Shown here: positions 58,037 through 64,000 of the stretch, piece by piece | How the letters are laid out: each line of letters starts with the position of its first letter | Position numbering within the stretch: position 1 is the first letter of the stretch | Source: an uncultured Gemmatimonadales bacterium | GTDB lineage: Bacteria > Gemmatimonadota > Gemmatimonadetes > Longimicrobiales > RSA9 | Length of the DNA stretch: 64,000 nucleotides | Assembly: GCA_963816355.1 (NCBI GenBank) | Contig: CAWFKH010000003.1 | Span: 288,001 to 352,000, forward strand | Reading direction: 5' to 3' | Position numbers and translations under genes: made by a program | Notes under the pieces: model-generated | Told to the model about the DNA's origin: nothing | The model's database searches: none | Seen by the model: only the letters and a program-made list of their open reading frames with translations

Positions 58037-60771
58037 TGTGAGGCGCCCTCGGTGACGGGCGCGGGCGGCGTCGACTTGCGGTCGCGGAACTCCTGGTAGA
58101 GCCGCGTCTGCTTCGAAGCGAGCGACACCTCCCTGCCGCCGATGAACATCCGCTCGACGTGGCTCACGATCTGGAGCGGGTCCCCATCGGTGACGATCAC
58201 GTCGGCTCTCTTGCCAGGGTCGAGGCTGCCCATGCGGTCGCCGAGCCCCAGGATCTCCGCCGCCGACAGGGTCAATCCGCGCAGCGCTTCCTCGGGCGCG
58301 AGACCGTAGGCGACGGCGCGGGCCCCTTCGTACGGCAGGTTCCGCAGCTCCGACACGCCTTCCGGGCTGAACGACGTGGTGAAGGCGATCTTGACGCCGG
58401 CGCCGTGGAGGATCGCCGCGTTGCGCCACACGCCGGTGACCGGGTCGTCGCGGTCGTCGGCGGGGATCAGCTCGGAGCCGACGATCACGGGGATCGAGCG
58501 GCGTGCGAGCTGGCGGGCCACGTGGAACGCCTGCTGGCCGCCGGCGAGGACCGCCTTCACCCGGGGGAAGCTGTCGAGGAACATGAAGAGCGTGCGTATG
58601 TCGCGCTCGCGGTCGGCGATGAAGATCACCGGCAGCTCGCCCTTCATCGCCGGGGCGAGCGCCTGGAGCAGTTGTTCGTTGGACGGATCCACGTTCGGCT
58701 CGAACGGCCGCGTGGGGTCCTGGCGCGTCGAGGGCCGCTCCGCGTACAGGCGCGCCCGCTTGAAGAGCGCGAGGAGCTGCTCGATCCCCTCTCCTTCCAG
58801 CTTCGGCGCGTCCCAGCTCTCTCCCTTCGGGCGCGGGAAGTCGACGACGATCGCCGCGCGGTCCCGGATCGCCATCTTCTCCGGGGTGTCGCCGACGAGC
58901 TGCACCACGGAGCCGGCGCCGCGGATCGTGCCGCTGGAGGGTGCCGACAGCACGGCCGTGACGCCGTTCGCGCGGCCCACCGGGATCGCGGCGCTGTAGG
59001 GATTGATGCCGTAGAGCGCGCGGATGTTCGGGTTGAAGTCACCGATCTCGCGGTCGTCGCGGGCAGGCTGGATCGCGTCGATCTCGACCATGCCGACCGA
59101 AGTGAGCGGATCGATGAGGCCCGGGTAGACCTGCTTGCCCGCGGCATCGACCACGCGCGCACCCGCGGGCACCGGCACCTCGCCGCGCGTGCCGACCGCG
59201 CGGATGCGGCCGTTCTCCAGGACGACGACGCCGTTCTCGATCGGCGCGCGCGAGACCGGGTGCACGGTGCCGCCGACGATCGCCGTGAGCGGCGCGTCCG
59301 CGACGGGCGCCATCAGGTTGCCCGGATCGACCGGATCCGGCACCGCGCCGCCGTCGTCGCGGGTGGCGACGGCGACCGGACCCGTGTCCGCCTTCTGCGG
59401 CGGGGCAATGGCGGGCGCGTCCGCGATGGCGCGGACCGGCTCGCCGCGCGCCTCCGCCTCCTTCGAGCGGTCGTAGTAGACGATGCCGTCGATGATCGTC
59501 TTCTCGACGCGCGAGAAGGTGTTGAAGGGGTCGCCGTCGAGGAGAACGACGTCGCCCTGCTTGCCGACCTCGAGGCTTCCGACCTTGTCCTCGACGTGGA
59601 TCTGCTTCGCCGGGTTGAGGGTCAGCATCTTCAGCGCCTCCTGCTTGGAGACGCCGCCGTACTTGACCGGCTTGTTCATTTCGTAGATGAGGAAGGATTG
59701 AAGCCACGGGATGTCCGAGTTGATCGAAGTGAGGACGCCGTGGTCGTGCAGGATCGCCGGGTTGTACGGGATCGCGTCGTACGCCTCGAGCTTGTACATC
59801 CACCAGTCGGCGAAGGTGGAGGCGCCCATGCCCGCCTCGCGCAGCTCGTCGGCCACCTTGTAGCCTTCGAGCACGTGCGTGAAGGCGTCGATCGTGAAGC
59901 CGAAGCGCTGCGCGATGCGCGCGAGCATGAGGATCTCGTCGGCGCGATAGGAGTGCGCCGTGACGCGGATGCGGCCGTGCATGATGTCGGCGAGCGCCTG
60001 CAGCCGGAGGTCCTTGCGCGGTGGAACGCGGAACGCCTTCGGATTGCTGCGGTAGTCCGCCCACGCCTTCTCGTACTCCTGCGCGGCGGTGAACGCCTGT
60101 ACGTAGATCGCCTCCACTCCCTCGCGCGAGGCGGGGAAACGCGTCTGCCGGCCGCCGTTCTTCTGCGTCACGTTCTCGCCGAGCGCGAACTTCACCGTGC
60201 GTGGTGCGCCGTCGAGAAGGAGCTGCCACGGGTCGTCCATGCCCCAGCGCGTCTTGATGATCGCGTTCTGGCCGCCGATCGGGTTCGCGCTTCCGTGCAG
60301 GATCTGCGCGGTCGTCACGCCGCCGGAGAGCGCCTGGTAGATCGCGAAGTCGTGCGGGTCGAGCTCGTCGATGACGCGCACTTCCGGCACGACCGGCGCC
60401 GTCCATTCGTTGGAGTTGCCTCCCGCCATGGCGATGTGCGAGTGCTGGTCGACGACGCCCGGCATCGCGGTGAGGCCGTGGCCGTCGATCACCGTCGCGT
60501 TCGCCGGCGCGGAGACGGCGGAGCCGATCGCGCGGATGATGCCGTCCCGGATCAGGATCGAGACGCCGTGCTGCACCGGTCCGGCGGCGGTCCACACCGC
60601 GTCCAGGTCACGGATCAACAGGGTCCCGACCGGAGTGGCGACGCCGTTCGCCTCCGTCTGCGTGTCCCACTGCTGGGCGGCGAGGGGCGCCGCGGCGGCG
60701 GCCGTCAGGAGGGCGGCGGTCGCCGCGCGCAGCCCGTTCGTCATCGCTCTCCTCCGCGTAGCCGGGCTCAC
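58033..60771 (-). CDS. Exported tandem double amidohydrolase-domain protein
   Basis: Signal peptide; domain 1 PGVVDQHSH..THVLEG..NSD..GSLEVGKQGD; domain 2 YPGLIDPLT..GSLDPGKRAD; ATG 60744 is an alternative start. Confidence 0.85.
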   Translation of the reverse strand: MSPATRRRAMTNGLRAATAALLTAAAAAPLAAQQWDTQTEANGVATPVGTLLIRDLDAVWTAAGPVQHGVSILIRDGIIRAIGSAVSAPANATVIDGHGLTAMPGVVDQHSHIAMAGGNSNEWTAPVVPEVRVIDELDPHDFAIYQALSGGVTTAQILHGSANPIGGQNAIIKTRWGMDDPWQLLLDGAPRTVKFALGENVTQKNGGRQTRFPASREGVEAIYVQAFTAAQEYEKAWADYRSNPKAFRVPPRKDLRLQALADIMHGRIRVTAHSYRADEILMLARIAQRFGFTIDAFTHVLEGYKVADELREAGMGASTFADWWMYKLEAYDAIPYNPAILHDHGVLTSINSDIPWLQSFLIYEMNKPVKYGGVSKQEALKMLTLNPAKQIHVEDKVGSLEVGKQGDVVLLDGDPFNTFSRVEKTIIDGIVYYDRSKEAEARGEPVRAIADAPAIAPPQKADTGPVAVATRDDGGAVPDPVDPGNLMAPVADAPLTAIVGGTVHPVSRAPIENGVVVLENGRIRAVGTRGEVPVPAGARVVDAAGKQVYPGLIDPLTSVGMVEIDAIQPARDDREIGDFNPNIRALYGINPYSAAIPVGRANGVTAVLSAPSSGTIRGAGSVVQLVGDTPEKMAIRDRAAIVVDFPRPKGESWDAPKLEGEGIEQLLALFKRARLYAERPSTRQDPTRPFEPNVDPSNEQLLQALAPAMKGELPVIFIADRERDIRTLFMFLDSFPRVKAVLAGGQQAFHVARQLARRSIPVIVGSELIPADDRDDPVTGVWRNAAILHGAGVKIAFTTSFSPEGVSELRNLPYEGARAVAYGLAPEEALRGLTLSAAEILGLGDRMGSLDPGKRADVIVTDGDPLQIVSHVERMFIGGREVSLASKQTRLYQEFRDRKSTPPAPVTEGASH

Positions 60772-62600
60772 GCGTCACCTCCCGGGCCGGACGTGCGCCG
60801 GCCGGTCCAATCGACGTTGCCGGTCGGGGCGGTGGCGGTGCCGTTCGCCCGCTCGCCCTTCACGCTGCCGGTCAGCTCCACGCTCATGGACTGCCCCCCT
60901 GCGTTCACGTCGACCGTGATCGTGACGTTCTCGCCCGTCACCTTGCCGCTCGCCGGGAAGGTGCCAAATCCCCCGATCTCCATCGTGCCGCTCAACTCCG
61001 TTCCGTTCTGCGTCAGCTTGAGCGTCGCGCCAGGCAGCGCGTTCGCGGCGCCGGAGAACTCGATCGACCAGGTTCCGCCGACCTGAGCCGTCGCCGCCGA
61101 CGCGTCCCCGTCGCCGCCTTTCGAGCCGGAAGCGGCGCGTTCGAGGCCGCCTTGGACGAAGGTGTAGACGATCCTGCTGCCCTTCTCGAAGAGCGGGCCG
61201 TCGGTGACCACGAAGGTCGCCGGCAGCCCTGCTTCCACCCTCGCCGTGGCCGGCGTTCCGTACAGCGCGGCCGGCGTGGCGGTGAGCGCGCGCAGCGCGT
61301 CCTCGGCGCTGAGCCCGTACTCGATCGCCTTGCGCGTCCCCTCGACGATGTCCGCCTTGCCGCCGCCGCTGGTGAGCGCGAAGCGCACCCCGGCCTTCGC
61401 CAGCCGACCGGCGTTGGCGTAGATGTCCTCCAGCCGCGCCTTCTCCCGCAGGGCGCCGGGGCTTGGCGGCTCCGGCGTCTTCGCGGCGGCGCTGTCCGGC
61501 GCGGCCGGCTTCGCCCCCGCGCTGTCGGCGGACGGCGTCGTCCCCGCGCTGTCGGCGGGCGGCGTCGTCCCCGCGCTGTCGGCGGACGGCGGCTTCGCTC
61601 CGGCACTGTCGGCGGCCGGCTTCTTCTTCTCGGCGGCGGGCATCCACCGCTTCGGCTTCGGGAAGTCGAGCGACACGAGCACCGGGATGTCGCGTGCCTT
61701 GAGGAGGTCGGCGACCTTCCACGCCTCGGCGCCGCCTGCGATCACGGGGTGCAGGCGGAACTCGTCGGAAATGCGGAGGACGCGGCGAATGTCGTCCGCG
61801 GAGTTGGCGAGCCAGTACACGGTCGTGCCGCCGTCGATCGCCTCCCGCACGACGGCGTAGTCAGGATCGAAGGCAGCGGGCGCGACGCCGTGCGGGTCGC
61901 GCGCGGCGGCGTCGGCGATCTGCGCCCGGCGGGATGCGTCGAGGAACGTCTGGCGGTACCAGGCGATCGCGCCCATGAGGGTAGCGGGGTAGACGCCCTT
62001 GCCGCCCACCAGCGTGAAGACGGGCCCGAGCTGCGGCTGGAGCACGAGGGCCTCGGGGTCGGACACATCGGTCCGCAACAGGAGGACGGCGCCGCGGCCG
62101 GGCATGAGCGCGTCGGCGGGCTGGACCGCGACCTCGACGACGCCCTTCTTCCGCAGGTCGGCCAGGTCCTTGCCGGTGGCCTTCAGGTAGTCCACGACGC
62201 GGCGGTGCGGCATGAACCCCCGGAGGGAGCGTGGCGGGTCCCATGAGCGGACCTTGGCGCGGTCGACCTCCTCCTTGGGGAACTCGTAGCTCACGCTGCC
62301 CCAGCCATCCACGATGCCGGGGTAGACGAGGAGGGAGTCGCCCTCCAGGAGCTGCGCGTCCGCCGGAACCGCCGCGCCCGGGCCGATCGCATCGATGAAG
62401 TCGCCGCGCACGACCAGCGTCATGCCGGTCGAGCGCGTGCCATCCGCCGCCACCACGGTCACGCCCTTCAGCGCGTAGGCGGCGGGGGCGGGTGGGCGGG
62501 TGAACTGGGCGTGCAGCGCCAGAGGAACGGCGAGCAGCGCGGCCGCGATGCGCGCGACGCGCGGCGCCCGGAAGGCGCATCCATGCGTCATCTCGGACAT
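60768..62600 (-). CDS. Exported amidohydrolase-like protein (degenerate metal site) with internal 9-aa repeats and a C-terminal beta domain
   Basis: YPGIVDGWG, YPATLMGAIA..RQ, TATPA..G; ADSAG(A/T)(K/T)P repeats; start 62600 or 62591. Confidence 0.78.
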   Translation of the reverse strand: MSEMTHGCAFRAPRVARIAAALLAVPLALHAQFTRPPAPAAYALKGVTVVAADGTRSTGMTLVVRGDFIDAIGPGAAVPADAQLLEGDSLLVYPGIVDGWGSVSYEFPKEEVDRAKVRSWDPPRSLRGFMPHRRVVDYLKATGKDLADLRKKGVVEVAVQPADALMPGRGAVLLLRTDVSDPEALVLQPQLGPVFTLVGGKGVYPATLMGAIAWYRQTFLDASRRAQIADAAARDPHGVAPAAFDPDYAVVREAIDGGTTVYWLANSADDIRRVLRISDEFRLHPVIAGGAEAWKVADLLKARDIPVLVSLDFPKPKRWMPAAEKKKPAADSAGAKPPSADSAGTTPPADSAGTTPSADSAGAKPAAPDSAAAKTPEPPSPGALREKARLEDIYANAGRLAKAGVRFALTSGGGKADIVEGTRKAIEYGLSAEDALRALTATPAALYGTPATARVEAGLPATFVVTDGPLFEKGSRIVYTFVQGGLERAASGSKGGDGDASAATAQVGGTWSIEFSGAANALPGATLKLTQNGTELSGTMEIGGFGTFPASGKVTGENVTITVDVNAGGQSMSVELTGSVKGERANGTATAPTGNVDWTGRRTSGPGGDA

Positions 62601-62742
62601 TCCTGTTGGGGACAGCGTCAAGGCGTGGAGCGTGAACTTCGGCGCCGTCTCGACTTCCTGTCAAGCCGGGGCTCGAGCGCCGCGGCGTCTCGTTGAAAGC
62701 GTGCCGACGCCCGGGGTGCGCATCGCCGTCTGCGCGTGAGCG

Positions 62743-62772
62743 TTGACTTCGCCCGCCGCGCCCGCCTACACT
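62743..62772 (+). promoter_or_regulatory. sigma70-like promoter TTGACT-N18-TACACT
   Basis: 45 nt upstream of ATG 62818. Confidence 0.5.
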
Positions 62773-62817
62773 CGCCTCGGGTCACCGAGGATCTTCCCCC
62801 GCCAGCCCAGGCTGCCG

Positions 62818-64000
62818 ATGATCACGCCCAGCGGCTACCTCCACCACGTCGCACGCGCGTCGTCTCGACGCTCCGCGGACCCCGCCCCCAGCCTCACCAC
62901 GGAGGCGGGCGACGAGCTGCTCCGCTTCCAGATCCGCGCCTTTCTGCGGTTCGCGGAGGCGCGGCGCAAACAGGGGCGGCTCGCGGAGGCGGCGGAGGCG
63001 TACCGCCGCGTGCTCGCGCTGCACCCGTCGAACCGAACGGCGCTCTTCGGTCTGGGCGAGATCGCCGCCGAGCCGGCGCCGCCGCCGCGGGAGCCGGAGC
63101 CGCCGGCGACGCGCGTCGAGGTCGCCGTCACGGTCGCGCATGCGCCCTCCGGGCGGCACGCATTGCCGGCCCACGTCGAGATCCGCATCCCGCGCCCACC
63201 GCCCGCGCCCCGCCCCGCGGGCCCGACCGCCGCCGCGTACTTCGCGCGGCTCCTCGCGTGGCGCGCCGCCCCGGCCGCCGCGCCGGCCGCCCGGCCCGAG
63301 CCGGTACCGTCGGAGCCCGTGGCGGCCGCCCGGCCCGAGCCGGTACCGTCGGAGCCCGCGCCGGCCGCCCGGCCCGAGCCGGTACCGTCGGAGCCCGCGC
63401 TGGCCCCCGCGCTCGCGGCACTGCTCGTGGGGGTGCTGGAGTACCGCGCGCCCGGCGTTCGCGGGCGGGCCGGCCGCACGCGCGCGCTCGCCCTGCAGCT
63501 CGGGCGGGAGCTCGGCGTCGCGGAGCCGGATCTGCAGCGACTCGACCTGGCGGCGTCGCTCTCCGCCGTTGGCGGAGCGCTCGATCTGCTCGCCGACGTG
63601 GCGATTCCGGAGGGCGTCGCGGCGGCGCTCCGCCACCGCGCCGACCCCTGGGATGGCGCGGCGCAGCCTGGCGCGGCGCAGCCTGGCCCGGCGCAGCCGG
63701 CGGGCGAGGCGATCCCGCTCCTGGCGCGCATCCTCGCGGTCGCCTGTGCGTTCACGCGGCGTGCAGATGCCGGTGCGGCGGTCGCGCGCGCCGTCGCGGA
63801 AATCGAAGCGGAGGCGGGGCGCAGGTTCGATCCCGGCGTCGTCGCGGCGGCACGGCGTGTCCTGGCGGGTGGGGACCTCCGGGCGCTCGGCCTGGGCCGC
63901 GGCGGCCGCATCCTGCTCGTGAGCGGCGAACGCGAGCGCTCCGCCGGCGCCGTGCTGGCGGCGCGCTTGGCGGTGGCCGGATACGCCGTCGAAGCGGTGG
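62818..64000 (+). CDS. TPR + Pro-rich linker + degenerate HD-GYP + possible receiver-like domain (3' truncated; absent from ORF track)
   Basis: My translation: GRLAEAAEAYRRVLALHP; 3x13-aa repeat; RHRADPWDG..GEAIPLLARILAVA..AGRRFDPGVV; RILLV..LAVAGYAVE; no stop to window end. Confidence 0.75.
   Translation, partial: MITPSGYLHHVARASSRRSADPAPSLTTEAGDELLRFQIRAFLRFAEARRKQGRLAEAAEAYRRVLALHPSNRTALFGLGEIAAEPAPPPREPEPPATRVEVAVTVAHAPSGRHALPAHVEIRIPRPPPAPRPAGPTAAAYFARLLAWRAAPAAAPAARPEPVPSEPVAAARPEPVPSEPAPAARPEPVPSEPALAPALAALLVGVLEYRAPGVRGRAGRTRALALQLGRELGVAEPDLQRLDLAASLSAVGGALDLLADVAIPEGVAAALRHRADPWDGAAQPGAAQPGPAQPAGEAIPLLARILAVACAFTRRADAGAAVARAVAEIEAEAGRRFDPGVVAAARRVLAGGDLRALGLGRGGRILLVSGERERSAGAVLAARLAVAGYAVEAV

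Overview
Very GC-rich chromosomal window. Gene content (SusC/SusD pairs, CarboxypepD-reg/plug-only proteins, EF-P with a TPGNLRA loop) suggests Gemmatimonadota/Longimicrobiales; this is an inference, no database search was run. About 48 CDSs. Housekeeping: uvrA, efp, tyrS, folK, aroB, mpg, etfBA, htpX. Also a blaI-htpX unit with two operator boxes, a CesT-like/PspA/AI-2E envelope-stress operon, an amino-sugar/peptidoglycan salvage cluster (NamZ, GH3, beta-lactamase-fold hydrolase, two SSS symporters, NagB-PIG-L fusion, sugar kinase), two SusC/SusD loci and exported amidohydrolases. No rRNA, tRNA or CRISPR array was recognised. Most interesting: (1) a coupled operon of two non-canonical Ddl-like ATP-grasp ligases + GNAT + lysine 2,3-aminomutase, preceded by a candidate attenuator (28-codon uORF starting MKRRR in rare codons, alternative pairings, intrinsic terminator), pointing to an uncharacterised beta-lysine peptide pathway; (2) a ~670 bp fold-back element of two inverted arrays of ~28 mini-hairpins upstream of uvrA; (3) the same TGTCACA-N16-CGTT ECF-type promoter upstream of both susC genes. 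There are also two single-base frameshifts (susD2, fadD), a probable CTG start, an IS256 remnant and recurrent short tandem duplications at gene 3' ends. Functional calls come from motif recognition by eye.
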